Positions 50,830 to 63,903 of a stretch of 64,000 nt of DNA are shown here, piece by piece. The notes beneath the pieces were generated by a model that was not told the DNA's origin, searched no databases, and saw nothing but the letters and a program-made list of their open reading frames with translations. The position numbers were made by a program, and so were the translations under genes. The stretch covers positions 28,582,001 to 28,646,000 of the forward strand of contig NW_027361766.1 in assembly GCF_039654945.1 (NCBI RefSeq), in the 5' to 3' direction. This DNA comes from Dendrobates tinctorius (lineage: Eukaryota). Numbering within the stretch: position 1 is the first letter of the stretch; every line of letters begins with the position of its first letter.

Positions 50830-51598
50830 TGTAGGGAAGGTGACCTGACGGACGGACTAGTCAGATTGAAGAAGGAAAGGTTTGCACAGCGTAGGTAGGT
50901 GTCAGTTATTACAGTGGGGAAACAGCTAGGAAAGTGTAGTAGACGTGCAGTACCTTGGGTTGATCATTAGATGGCAGGGAGGAGTGTGAGCAAAGGACTT
51001 GACATCAGCTTAGGGCTTTAGAAACCGTTGGTCATGGGGGGCGGGGTTACAGTGACAGGGGACCGGGAGAGCTATAAATACTGAGGGAGGGTTCCAGAAG
51101 GTTCCAGTCCCCAGGGGGAGCTCCAGTGACAGGAGGACTGCGACAGTCTGTGTGCTGTGAGGAGAATCTAAACCAGGGGGACTGAGGAGAGAGAACGTCA
51201 GGGGGGTGGTCCTGACAGGAAGAACCGCAGAAGGGACGAGGCACTGGGTGTGAGACACTGTATTTGACACGACGACTGGTCAGTGGAAGCGCTGTTGGTT
51301 TATGGGCCCAAGGCGGCCACAGTGACGGACCTGTCAGGAGCGTCGATGAGTGAAGAGGGGATGGTGTATGCACACGCGTCCCCATGAGGTACAGAGTACG
51401 GTGTGTAAGAAGCGGCCCTGGAAACGGAGGGCCGTGAGGTAAAGAAAGTGCGGTGTGCTCTGAGGCCGTCAGACGGACGGCAAGTGAAATAAACTTGGAC
51501 CTGTTGCACCCAGAATCTGCCTCCATCTTGTCTCTGTTTTATCTCTGCGCGGTAAGAAGAGAGGGACCACCCCCCCCAGCTCGGCCACTAACCCTACA
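50830..51598 (+). mobile_element. Solo LTR (769 bp), family unassigned
   Basis: tgtaggg...ccctaca termini; 4-bp TSD caca; tataaata near 51073; aataaa near 51488. Confidence 0.85.
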
Positions 51599-52512
51599 CA
51601 CATATACTGTATATAAAACAGCAAACAACATCATGTAACTCCACTGATGCGACAACATAAAAAAATAACCCTGTCATCCCCCTACACCGAAATAGAGGCA
51701 TTTGTGAGGTTGGAACAATTGTTATGACTAAAGATGTGAGAATCGATTGGCAGGACTCCAGCCCATCGGTCATGTCAGTAACCTGAGACTGCTGGATGAG
51801 AGAGTTGCGAATCTTGTCTTACCTTCCTGAATTCCCAGCTCTTACTTTAACCTGGCTGGCGCAACATCATCTAAGCAGTGTGACACACGCACACAACAAC
51901 CCACCAATCTGGTAAGTCAAAAGAAAAGCCAGATATGTTGGAAGGTAAGAGGAGATTTGCAGAACCCAGCAAGCTCTAGTTATCCCCTATTAACCCCTTA
52001 GTGACAGAGCAAATTTTGATCTTCATGACAAAGTCCAATTTTTTTAATCTGTCCAGTGTCACTTTATGCGGTAATGACTTTGGAGTCCTTCAAGATACTC
52101 CAGTGATTTTGAGATTATTTTTCATGACCCGCTGTACTTTATGTCAGTGGTAAACGTTGGTCGATATGTTTGGCGTTTATTTGTGAGAATGTTGGAATTT
52201 AGGTGAAAAATTAGTGAGTTTCAATTTTTAGGTCTTTAGACCAGTTAGCCATAAGGTACAAAATAATTAATAAATAACATTTCCCATATGTCTACTTTAC
52301 ATCTGCATAATTATTTTATTTTTTCATTGCAATTTTTTATTTTGTTAGGATGTTTGAAGGGTTAAAAGTTTAACAGCAAATTCTCATTTTTTGAAGAAAT
52401 TTGCAAGACCTGTTTCTTTAGGGTTCTATTCAGATTTAGATGCCTTTGAGGAGGCTAAATATTGGAAACTTCCCAAATGTGATACCTTTTTAAAAACCAC
52501 ACCCTTCAAATA

Positions 52513-53765
52513 CAGTCATGGCAGACAGTGCTGGCACCCTTGAAATTGTTCCAGAAAATGAAGCATTTCTCCCAGAAAATTATTGCAGTTACCCAACTTC
52601 TGTTATATACATGTTTTATTTCCTTTGTGTGTATTTTAGCAACGCAAAAAAAAAACTGAAAAAAAAGGCAAAATAGGTCATAATTTCACACAAGACCACC
52701 AAAATGAGAAGAAATAAAAAATTGTTGGCACCATTCCAATATTGTGGGTAAGCAACTTTGTTTCAAGCATGTGATCTTCATTCAAACTCACCTGTGGCAA
52801 GTAACAGGTGTGGGCAATATGAAAATCACACTTGAAACCAGATAAAAAGGGAAGAAGTTGAATCAATCTTTGGATTGAGCGCCTGTATGTACCACACTAA
52901 TCATGGAAAACAGAAAGAGGATAAGAGAACTGTCTGAGAACTTGAGAACAAAATTGTTGAATCATATCAACAATCTCAAGGTTACAAGTCCATCTACAGA
53001 GATCTTTATGTTCCTTTGTCAACGGTGTGTAACGTAATGAAGAAGGTCAAAGCAAAAGCAATAAACTGGAATATAAGTTGCTGTGCATGCAGCTTGTAGG
53101 CAAACAAAAATCAAGACAAAAACAAAATGAGCAAATATACTGCAGTAAATAAATAGCAATTGTGCATGAAAATAATACAGGGTACTTGGTTAACCTTTTT
53201 TAGATCAAGATAAGTAAAAGCCATCCCACCATGTCATGGTGACCCTATTCGGGACTGTCCTAACTTCTAGTATTTAAAAACCTTACCATGTGTCTAATGA
53301 TGTATGTGTGAATAAGGACTGAGAAGGAGATTTCTGAGCCAAGCAATGAGTCTGGAACTAAATCCCATTGAACACCTGTGGAGAGATCTTACAATTGCTG
53401 TTGTTAGCTGATACTCTTCAAATATGAGAGACCTGGAGCAGTTTGCAAAACAAGAGCGGTCCAAAATTGCAGTTGAGAGTTGTAAGAAGCTTGTTAATGG
53501 TTATATGAAGTAATTGATTACAGTTGTTTATTCCAAAGGGTGTGAAGCCAAATATTTAGTTGAGGATGCCAATAATTTTGTTCATCCCATTTTTGGGATT
53601 TGTGTGAAATTATGTTCAATTTGATATTTGATATTTGATGCCACTTCATCAGGGCATCAAGAATAATCACAAATTTCAGATATAAATACAAACACAAATC
53701 ATTACCATACACCTTCCTTTTACATCATTTCCTGTGAAAACGCCCATAAATCATTTAAAAACATG

Positions 53766-53797
<32 letters not shown>

Positions 53798-55862
53798 ACA
53801 CTACTTAAAACATGTTGTTATGCTCTAAAATCAAATAAGCATTCACATCAAAATCATCACGATATAATATACCAAAAATTATATCAAAAATTAAAATATA
53901 TAAAATGCAGAAGCTTCTGAATTCGAACCAGCCAATTTAGACAGGCTCAAAAGTATAATTTACATGCATTAAACCACTACACCACACCAAATACAGAAAT
54001 ATTTCAGAATCAATATCCCATAAAATCCCCACTAATAAATTACTATATCCATCAAAAGACTTTTATATAAAACATCGCAAATTCTTTAATTCCCAAAATA
54101 TATCAATATATATCTAAAAAAGATCACTAACATCATTTAAACCCATCGGTTGCAGTGTGTTTAATTTATAAATCCAATATGTTTCCTTTCTTTTCAAATT
54201 ATTTATTCTATTTAGTGTGTGTTCAGATATATGATCTATGGGAAGTACCGTAAGAGATACAAAACCTTGATGGTTAACTGTGCAATGACGAGACAAACCA
54301 TGCTTCATAAACCCCCTACGAATATTAAATCTATGGGAATTAATCCTCTTGTGTAAAGGTTGAGATGTCCTACCTACGTATTGTTTCCCACATTTACATT
54401 GAATCAAATAGATGACAAAACAAGTCATCCTATATCTATCTAATCTTAAATTCCCCACTGGGATAACTGGAGGACTGAAATTTATCAGTGGAATTAATTA
54501 TAGATCTACAACAATAACAGCCTTTCCTTTTACATTGAAAGGCACCTCTTTTTTCATTTTTCATACAATGTACTACTATTACCTGGAGTATCCCTTAAGG
54601 AGATAACACTGGGAGCTAGAATATTTTTGATAGTGGGGGCCCTCCTAAAAATCACCCCCGGCTTCTGATCTACTATCTTACTTAGGACTGGATCATTTAA
54701 TATAATTTTCCAATGTTTTTCCAATATAATACGAATCTGATAATTTTCACATTGTAATCATCCACATTATTCTGTACCTTACAAGAACCAATTAAGTCAA
54801 TTTGAGTCAGATTTTTGACTGATTTATATGCTCTTTTTATCAGTCTAGATTTTGTAAAACTTTGCTCCCCTCTTCAAAGGTTGTATCCGAGGAACAATTT
54901 TTTCTAATCCTGGAGTATTGGTTCAGAGGAATGTTTCTAAGCCATGGTCTATAATGACCAATCTCATAATGAACATAGCCGTTGGCATCAACCTTCTTAA
55001 AATGATTAATGGTAAGAATACTACCAGAATCATCTAAATAAATAATTAAATCCAGAAAAATTACACTCTATCAATCTGTGGAATTAATTCTATACCCCAA
55101 CAATTACTAATCACTCCATCCAAAAACTTATAAACATCATTTCCTTCATTATTATAAATGACAATAATGTCATCTTTAAAACGTTTATACAACCCTATTT
55201 TAGCCCCAAAATCACTATGGAGGATATGCCAGGACTCGAAGACAGCCATAAACAAATTTGCATAAGTAGGTGTTGCCCTCAAGCCCATGGCAGTCCCTCA
55301 CGTCTGATGGTATATAGAATTTCCAAAACGGAAATAATTATTCTGTAATATGAAAGCCATACTCCTAACCAAAAATTTTTTTTGTGTTATAGATAAGGTT
55401 AACTCCCTATTGACATACATTTCAAAGCAAGACAGACCAATATTATGTTCAATGTTAGAATATAGCCCTGTAACATCCATAGTAATGAACACATATTCAT
55501 CTTTCCACTCAATATCTTGAAGAATTTGTATAAGATGGGTAGAATCTCCAAGATAACTCCCCAACCTTTTGACAGAGTTATTCATGAAGGAATCAACATA
55601 GGCAGCTAAATTAGAAGTTAATACATTAATCCCTGCAATAATAGGGCGCCCAGGGGGATTCAATAAATTCTTATGTAATTTTGGTAGATGGTAATATATA
55701 GCCATAGAAGGATTTAATTTGATATTTTTTCTCAGTTTTTTTTGTGTTATTCCAATACACGCAAAGGAAATAAATGTGTACAGCAAAACATGTATAATTG
55801 CAATACTTTTCTGGGAGAAATACTTCATTTTTTGGAACAATTTCAGGGTTCGTCCATGACTG
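52513..55862 (+). mobile_element. Decayed long-TIR Tc1 element interrupted by a PLE
   Basis: TA-cagtcatgg ... ccatgactg-TA; >140-bp imperfect TIRs; LNPIEHLW remnant near 53355-53380. Confidence 0.85.
53630..55715 (-). mobile_element. 5'-truncated Penelope-like element with 12-bp TSD
   Basis: TSD aatttgatattt at 53618-53629 and 55716-55727; LPKLHK...PPGRPII, MDVTGLYSNI, VIYLIQCKCGKQYVGRT and ETYWIYKLNTLQPMGLN motifs. Confidence 0.9.
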
Positions 55863-56178
55863 TACTTCAAAACTGCTGTTAGAAATTTTATTAAACCTTC
55901 AGGTTTCCTCTTTAATATTGTTTTAGCCCCACATATTTCAGTTTTACAAGGGATAGTACAAGAAAATGGACCCCACAATTTGTTGCCCAGTTAATTCTCA
56001 GCCCGGAGATACCCCAAATATGGCCAGAAATCTCTGCTTGGACAAACGGCAGTGCTTGGAAAGGGAGGAGCACCATTTGAATTTTGGAACACAAATTTGG
56101 CTGAAATCACAGGTCGCATTTGAAGGACCCCTAAAGTGCGTAAACAGCAAAAAACCCTCCACAATTAGGTAACTGTTA

Positions 56179-56469
56179 GGGTATGTTTCCACTTTCAGTA
56201 TTTCTGGTGCTTTGGACGCTGCAGAAACCCTGCTCCGCCCAAAGCGACGCCCCCCTTTCTACGCGCGGTCATACTGCTTGTGTTCATTGAACACATGCTG
56301 TATCACCGCATCGTATCCATAAACTGTGTAATTTATCTTGCGAAGACGGAGCATCTACGCAAGATAAATAGACATGCTGTGGTCTAAAAAGACGTGCCGC
56401 ATGTCCATAATTTCGGGTGTGTCACCCGCGTTCTTGCAAGCATAGTGGAGACGGGATTTCATAAATTCC
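56179..56469. mobile_element. Left part of a Harbinger-like MITE, interrupted by Gypsy copy 2
   Basis: tta-gggtatgtttccac terminus of the same type as the other Harbinger-like MITEs. Confidence 0.55.
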
Positions 56470-56600
56470 TGTTGTGAGTTCATTTTCCCCTTCACTACTG
56501 AGGCCCGAGGAACTCCCTCTTCTGGTAAAGAAAGGTAGTGAGCCTGATTATCAAACACCTGAGCCTGATGATGACTGGCTGAGTGGAGTTACTGACTGGA

Positions 56601-56639
56601 TATAAGGCTGCCGACGCCCTTCTGCCCTGCGGGTGATTT
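56601..56639 (+). promoter_or_regulatory. LTR TATA box and predicted transcript 5' end (self-primer)
   Basis: TATAA at 56601; gcgggtgatt at 56629-56638 is complementary to the PBS. Confidence 0.75.
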
Positions 56640-57263
56640 CTCTGTGGGATCCTTGGAGACCAGTCTGAATTCCTGCTCTTCTAAAGCTAAGTTTTCTGCT
56701 CGGCTTTTTGCATTTCTGCTTTGACTTTGTTTTGCTTTGTTTTTCTGGATTTCTGCCATTCCCTGCTGAGGTGAGCTGAATTCCTTTAGCTCTGTCTTCT
56801 GAAAATACCAGAGTGCTGATTTAGTTTTTGAAGCCTAGCTGCTTCAGGGTCTTTTTCCATATCAGCTTGTTGGCTTATGTCTTTGATAGGGTTTTGGCAG
56901 ATTGCAGACAGCAACCTTCCTTTCCTGTTCTGTTTAGTTAGCTTGGGCCCCATCGTTTGCTCAGCCTATCTTTCTATCTGTGTGAGTGTTTTTTCATCTT
57001 GCTTCACTGTCATTATATGTTGGGGGCTGCCTTTTACTTTGGGGTCTGCTCTGGGGCAGTTTAGATTTCCTTTTCTGTCTTTAGGCTATTTACCTCTCCG
57101 GCTGTGATCGAGGGGTCTAGGGCATCGTAGGAACCCCCCACGGCTACTGCTAGTTGTGTTGATAGGTTCAGGGGTCTGCAATCTGATAGTTGCCAACTTC
57201 TCTGGTTTTCTGGACATAGCTTCTATTTTTGTGTCTGCATCCTACGGTGACTCAATCATAACA

Positions 57264-57274
57264 GAATCACCCGC
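57264..57274 (+). promoter_or_regulatory. Self-priming primer binding site
   Basis: gaatcacccgc directly after the LTR; no TGG start as in tRNA-type PBSs; complementary to the R-region start. Confidence 0.8.
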
Positions 57275-57386
57275 CATACCGCAGATCCTAGGGTACTCAA
57301 TAGCAGGAAAGAATTGTAAAAAAAAAAAATTGTATATTTTTTCCTCTATATCTCTGAGGCCGTAGGGGGAATTTTTTTTTCTCTCA

Positions 57387-60300
57387 ATGGAGATAAAGCA
57401 ATTGTCTGATCGTGTGGAGCAGCTCGCTGCGGAAGTGCGGGGAATTTCCGCCTACCTTGCTCAATCACATGCTGCTGAACCAAAGATTCCTACACCTGAT
57501 GTATTGTAATTGTAAAAATATATTGTAAATTATTTTTTGCCTTGAGGCCTAACTCGTCAGGGAGCTCCGCGCAGCAGGTTAAAATTGTCATCTCTTTGCT
57601 GCGTGGCGATCCCCAGGATTGGGCGTTTTCTTTGAAACCAGATGATCCTATTCTGACTAATGTGAACGCATTTTTTCAGGCCTTGGGGTTGTTGTATGAC
57701 GAACCTAATGCCATTGATCAGGCTGAAAAGACCCTGCTGACATTGAACCAGGGTCGTGATTCTGCAGAATTGTACTGTCAAAAATTCCGAAAGTGGGCAG
57801 TACTTACTACCTGGAATGATAATGCCTTGGCTGCTCTCTTTCGGAAGGGGTTGTCAGAAGCCGTAAAAGATACTATGGTGGGATTTCCTGTTCCCTCTGA
57901 TCTTGACGATTCTATGTCATTAGCCATTCAGGTTGATCGGCGTTTGCGCGAACGCAAAGCTGCACGAGAGGTGTTGCCACCTGTTGAACAAATGTCTGAA
58001 CCTATGCAATGTGATAGTTTTTTCCAGAGAGCAGCGTCAGGAGTTCAGAAGGCGTAATAAGTTGTGTTTTTTCTGTGGAGATGCCTCGCATATTATTTCT
58101 GTCTTTCCTAAACGAGAGAAACGCTTTGCACACACGTTTTCTGTTGGGGGTGTTCAACCTAAGTTTCTTCTGGCGATTACTCTGATCTGCTCCCTGTCCA
58201 CATTTTCCGCCAAGGCTTTTGTGGATTCGGGAGCAGCCCTAAACCTAATGGACTTGGATTTTGCTAAACGTTGTGGATTTCCGATGACACCTCTGCAGAC
58301 GCCTATCCCTTTGAGGGGGATTGATGCTACTCCTTTGGCTAAAAATAAACCTCAGTTTTGGACCCAGGTGGTAATGCGGGTCGCCCCCGACCATCAAGAA
58401 AATTGCAGATTTTTGGTGTTGCATAATCTGCATGATACTATTGTTCTGGGGTTTCCCTGGTTACAAATTCATAATCCAGTTTTGGATTGGAAATCTGTGT
58501 CTGTGGTGAGTTGGGGTTGTCGGTGTGCCTTTAGTGAGGCTCTGGTGTTTTCCACCTCTCCTCAGTCGCATGATGTTCCTGATTATTTGGCAGACTTTTA
58601 TGATGTATTTAGTGAGAATGAGTCTGCGTCTCTGCCTCATCATAGGAGTTATGACTGTGCAATTGAACTGAGCCCGGGGTGTAAATTTCCCAAGGGTCGG
58701 CTCTTCAATTTATCTGTACCCGAGCACGAGGCTATGCGATCCTATATTAAGGAGGCGTTGGAGAAGGGTCATATTAGACCATCCTCGTCACCCTTAGGTG
58801 CCGGTTTTTTTTTTGTAGCCAAAAAGGATGGATCATTAAGACCTTGTATTGATTATCGTGCCCTCAACAAAATTACTGTTAAATATCAGTATCCGTTACC
58901 CCTGATTTCTGATCTATTCTCCAGAGTTAAAGGTGCTTGCTGGTTTACCAAGCTTGACCTCAGGGGGGCGTATAATCTTATTCGCATTAAGCATGGGGAT
59001 GAATGGAAGACGGCGTTTAATACTCCGGAGGGACATTTTGAGTACCTGGTGATGCCTTTTGGGCTCACTAATGCCCCTTCTGTCTTCCAGTGCTTCATGA
59101 ACGATATTTTCCGAGATTTTGTCGATAAATTTTTGATTATCTATCTGGATGATATTTTGATCTTCTCCAAGGATTGGGATTCTCATGTGGAACATGTTCG
59201 GACTGTGTTCCGGATCTTGAGGGAGAATTCCCTGTATGTCAAAGGATCTAAATGCCTTTTTGGAGTACAGAGGATTTCTTTTTTGGGATTTATTTTGTCC
59301 CCGTCAACTATTGAAATGGACCCGGCCAAGGTACAGGCCATTTACAATTGGGTTCAGCCCACTTCTTTGAAGGCCCTCCAGAAGTTTTTGGGTTTTGCTA
59401 ATTTTTATCGGAAATTTATAGCAAAATTTTCTAGTATTGCCAAGCCATTGACTGATTTGACTAAGAAGGGTGCTGATGTGTTAAATTGGTCTCCGGAGGC
59501 TGTTTCTTCCTTTCAGGAGCTAAAGCAAAGATTCACCTCCGCCCCGGTTTTGCGGCAACCTGATGTCTCACTTCCGTTCCAGGTAGAGGTGGATGCTTCT
59601 GAGATTGGTGCAGGAGCTGTTTTGTCCCAAAAGGATCCTGTAACATCTAAAATGAATCCCTGTGCTTTCTTTTCCCGAAAGTTCTCTCCATCTGAACGTA
59701 ACTATGATGTGGGGAATCGGGAACTGTTGGCCATGAAATGGGCATTTGAGGAGTGGAGACATTGGTTGGAGGGAGCTAAGCATCAAGTCGTGGTCCTCAC
59801 TGACCACAAGAATTTGATTTACCTAGAGTTGGCTAAGCGCTTGAACCCTAGACAGGCTAGGTGGGCCTTGTTTTTTACACGTTTTGATTTTGTGCTTTCT
59901 TTTCTTCCTGGAACTAAGAATGTCAAGGCAGATGCCCTCTCTAGGAGCTTCTTTGCTGATTCTCCTGTGGTGACCAAGCCTGCTACCATCTTAGGCGAAG
60001 GGGTAGTTCTTTCTGCCATCTCGCCCGATTTGAGACGTGCTCTGGAAGAGTTCCAGGAGGACAAACCTGAGCGTTGTCCCAGTGGAAAGTTGTATGTCCC
60101 TGACCAGTGAAAGAAGAGAGTGATGTCTGAAGTTCATTGCTCTGCTTTGGCTGGTCATCCAGGTATTTTTGGTACTAGAGATCTGGTGAGTCGGTCTTTT
60201 TGTTGGCCCTCCTTGTCTCGTGATGTCAGGAATTTTGTGCAGTCCTGTGGGACGTGCTCCCGGTCTAAATCGTGTTCTCGCTCTAGTGGGTTGTTGATGC

Positions 60301-61553
60301 CTTTGCCTGTCCCCAAGAGGCCATGGACCCATATTTCAATGGATTTCATCTCTGATATGCCTGTCTCTCAAAGGATGACTGTTATTTGGGTGATTTGTGA
60401 TAGGTTCTCTAAGATGGTTCATCTTGTACCACTCCCTAAGTTGCCATCTTCCTCTGAGTTGGTGCCCCTGTTTTTACAACAGGTGGTTCGCTTGCATGGG
60501 ATTCCTGAGAACATTTTATCTGACAGAGGAGTCCAGTTTGTGTCTAGATTTTGGAGAACTTTCTGTTGCAAGCTGGGAATTCAGTTGTCCTTCTCCTCTG
60601 CTTTTCACCCTCAGACCAATGGGCAGACAGAGAGAACAAACCATACCTTGGAGTCATATTTGAGATGTTTTATTTCTGCCGATCAGGATGATTGGGTTTC
60701 ATTTTTGCCCTTGGCCGAATTTGCTTTAAATAATAGAGCTAGTTCTGCCACTTTGATGTCACCTTTTTTTTGTAACTTTGGGTTTCATCCTCGATTTTCT
60801 TCAGGGCAGGTGGAGCCCTCTGCCTACCCAGGTGTTGACACTGTGGTGGAGAGAATGCACCAGATCTGGGACCAAGTGGTGGATAAGTTATCTCTCTCCC
60901 AGGAAAAGGCCCAGCAGTTTTCCAACCGACATAGGACCATTGGTCCCCAGTTTAAGGTTGGTGATATGGTGTGGTTATCATATAAAAATATTGCTATGAA
61001 GGTGGCTTCTCCTACGTTTAAGCCTAGATTTATTGGACCGTACAAGATTTTGGAGATTATTAATCTGGTCTCTTTTCGTTTGGCTCTTCCTGTCACATTT
61101 AAAATCCATAATGTGTTCCATAAATCTTTGTTGAAGAGGTTTGTTGAACCTGTTGTTCCGGGGGTGGCACCTCCAGACCCTGTATTGGTTGAAGGTAACA
61201 TGGAATATGAGGTAGAGAAAGTACTGGATTCCCGTCTGGCTAGACGGAGACTCCAGTATTTGGTTAAGTGGAAGGGTTATGGTCAGGAGGATAATTCCTG
61301 GGTCTCTGCCTCTGATATTCATGCCAAAAGATTGGTGCGTGCCTTTCATTGGGCTCACCCTGATCGCCCTGGTGGCGTGGTTGAGGGTTCGGTGACCCCT
61401 CCTCAAGGGGAAGGTACTGTTGTGAGTTCATTTTCCCCTTCACTACTGAGGCCCGAGGAACTCCCTCTTCTGGTAAAGAAAGGTAGTGAGCCTGATTATC
61501 AAACACCTGAGCCTGATGATGACTGGCTGAGTGGAGTTACTGACTGGATATAA
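57387..61553 (+). pseudogene. gag-pol: gag-pol polyprotein (gag, PR, RT, RH, IN, chromodomain) with few lesions
   Basis: ATG at 57387; lesion at ~57500-57530, frameshift at ~58020, TGA at 60108-60110 (Trp in copy 1); catalytic motifs present. Confidence 0.95.
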
Positions 61554-63047
61554 GGCTGCCGACGCCCTTCTGCCCTGCGGGTGATTTCTCTGTGGGATCC
61601 TTGGAGACCAGTCTGAATTCCTGCTCTTCTAAAGCTAAGTTTTCTGCTCGGCTTTTTGCATTTCTGCTTTGACTTTGTTTTGCTTTGTTTTTCTGGATTT
61701 CTGCCATTCCCTGCTGGGGTGAGCTGAATTCCTTTAGCTCTGTCTTCTGAAAATACCAGAGTGCTGATTTAGTTTTTGAAGCCTAGCTGCTTCAGGGTCT
61801 TTTTCCATATCAGCTTGTTGGCTTATGTCTTTGATAGGGTTTTGGCAGATTGCAGACAGCAACCTTCCTTTCCTGTTCTGTTTAGTTAGCTTGGGCCCCA
61901 TCATTTGCTCAGCCTATCTTTCTATCTGTGTGAGTGTTTTTTCATCTTGCTTCACCGTCATTATATGTTGGGGGCTGCCTTTTACTTTCGGTTGCTAAGG
62001 GCAACGGTTTCCAACAGCACATGTTGCAGTGCTGGCAACGCTGAGCCAGGAGGGCTGACGGTCTGGAAAGCCGTGTGGTATGCTGACTTGAGTCAGTGGA
62101 AAAGACTTATAGGACACCTCTGCGGTAGAGGGGTCCGAGAACCTGCGCGGCCAGCAGGAGACGGCCGTGAAAGCCATGTTGTACTTACTGGGGTCAGTGA
62201 AAAAGAGACTGGTTATTGCTATAGGGTGCCTCTGTGGAGAAGAGGTATCCGATGACCTGTGTGTCCGACACAGATAACGGACAGGTGTTCATGTTGTACT
62301 GACCTGGGTCAGTGGGAAAGACTGTGTATCTGGAGGGTTCAGTGAGCAAGGTCCTGGAAGGTCAGTGTTGGGAGGTTCTGGGAGAAGAATCGGATCACTG
62401 GAGCACGTGGTATGACCTTGGACCTGGAGAGGCGTGAGTGTTGGGCAGTCTCAGGCTGAGACGGATGTCCTGAAGAGCACCCGCTGAGCCCCTGGTCCTG
62501 GAGAGGCCGGAGTGTTGGGAAACCCTGGGAGGAGGGTCGCTCTCTGAATAGCACCCGGTGCGCCCTGTGTGTTGAACGGTCTCAGGCAGAGACGGAACAT
62601 CCTGAATAGCACACAGACAGGACACGTGAGTTTTATCTGGTGTGTTTTTTTTTTCTTTTCTCAACTTATCCTGCGGTGGCTCAGTGGGAGTCAAGAAGGT
62701 GACAAGCGGCTTGCTGTAACTCGGTGGGGTTACGAAGGGGACAAGCGGCTTCTGCTAACTCGGCGGGGTTACAATGGTGACACCAGCAGCTGTGTGTGAG
62801 CGGCAGCTGGAGGTGTCAGAGATCGGTGACAGCAGGAGCTATCGTGGTGCCAGCAAGGACTTGTGTGATATCGTAAAAGAGACATAAACTGTGTTGTGTC
62901 AACTGTGGTCTAAGGAGACCTGTAGAAAAGACATAGGGAAATCCCGAAAGGGGGCGGTGGCCCAAATCGAGGTGGTAGCCCAAAAGGGGGTGGAGTTCCA
63001 GAGGGGGCGTGGTGACCCAAATCGGAGTGGTAACCCAAAAAGAGGTG

Positions 63048-63903
63048 GAATCATAGAATCGTAGAGTTGGAAGGGACCTCCTGGGCCATCTGGTCCAACC
63101 CCCTGCTCAAAGCAGGATTCGCTAAATCATCCCAGTCAGATGTCTGTCCAGCCTCTGTTTGAAGACTTCCATTGAAGGAGAACTCACCACTTCTCGTGGC
63201 AGCCTGTTCCACTCATTGATCATTCTAACTGTCAAAAAAATTTTTCTAATATCTAATCTGTGTCTCCTCCCATTCAGTTTCATCCCATTGCTTCTAGTCT
63301 TTCCTTGTGCAAATGAGAATAAAGATGATCCTTCTACAATTTGACAGCCCTTTAGATATTTGTAGACAGCTATTAAGTCTCCTCTCCGTCTTCTCTTTTG
63401 CAAACTAAACATTCCCAAATCCTGCAACCTTTCCTCATAAGACAGGGTTTGCAGACATGTCACCATTCTGGTCGCTCTTTTCTGAACTTGCTCCAGTTTG
63501 TTGATGTCTTTTTTAAAATGTGGTGCCCAAAACTGGACACAATATTCCAGATGAAGTCTGACCAAAGAGGAGTAGAGGGAAATAATGACTTTACGTGATC
63601 TAGACTGTATGCTTCTGTTAATACATCCTAGAATTGCATTTGCCTTTTTTGCTGCTGCATCACACTGTTGACTCATATTCAGTCTGTGATCTATTAGTAT
63701 ACCCAAGTCTTTTTCACATGTGCTGTTGCTTAGCCCTATTCCTCCCATTCTGTATATGCTTTTTCATTTTTATTGCCCAGATGTAGTACTTAGCATTTTT
63801 CCCTGTTAAAAACCATTCTGTTAGTTGCTGCCCACTGCTCCAGTTTATTTATATCTTTTTGAATCCTCTCTCTCTCTTCTCTAGTATTAGCTATCCCTCC
63901 TAG
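63048..63903 (-). mobile_element. 5'-truncated CR1 LINE
   Basis: EKDLGILID, LYSSLVRLHLEYCVQFWAPH and RGDLIAVYKY motifs; (attctatg)-type 3' tail. Confidence 0.95.

Larger units (their letters stand above)
51994..56175. mobile_element. piggyBac-like non-autonomous element remnant, interrupted by Tc1 (right limit uncertain)
   Basis: ttaa-cccct left terminus; similar AT-rich body on either side of the Tc1. Confidence 0.5.
56470..61988 (+). mobile_element. Ty3/Gypsy chromovirus copy 2 (young; 3' LTR truncated)
   Basis: 5' LTR 56470-57263, PBS 57264-57274, PPT 61405-61417, 3' LTR 61418-61988 with ~3 visible differences from the 5' LTR. Confidence 0.97.

Noticed and set aside
55298-55978. 226-aa ORF with an RT-like C-terminus
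   Set aside because: The N-terminal part is Tc1 TIR and flanking DNA read through into the truncated PLE
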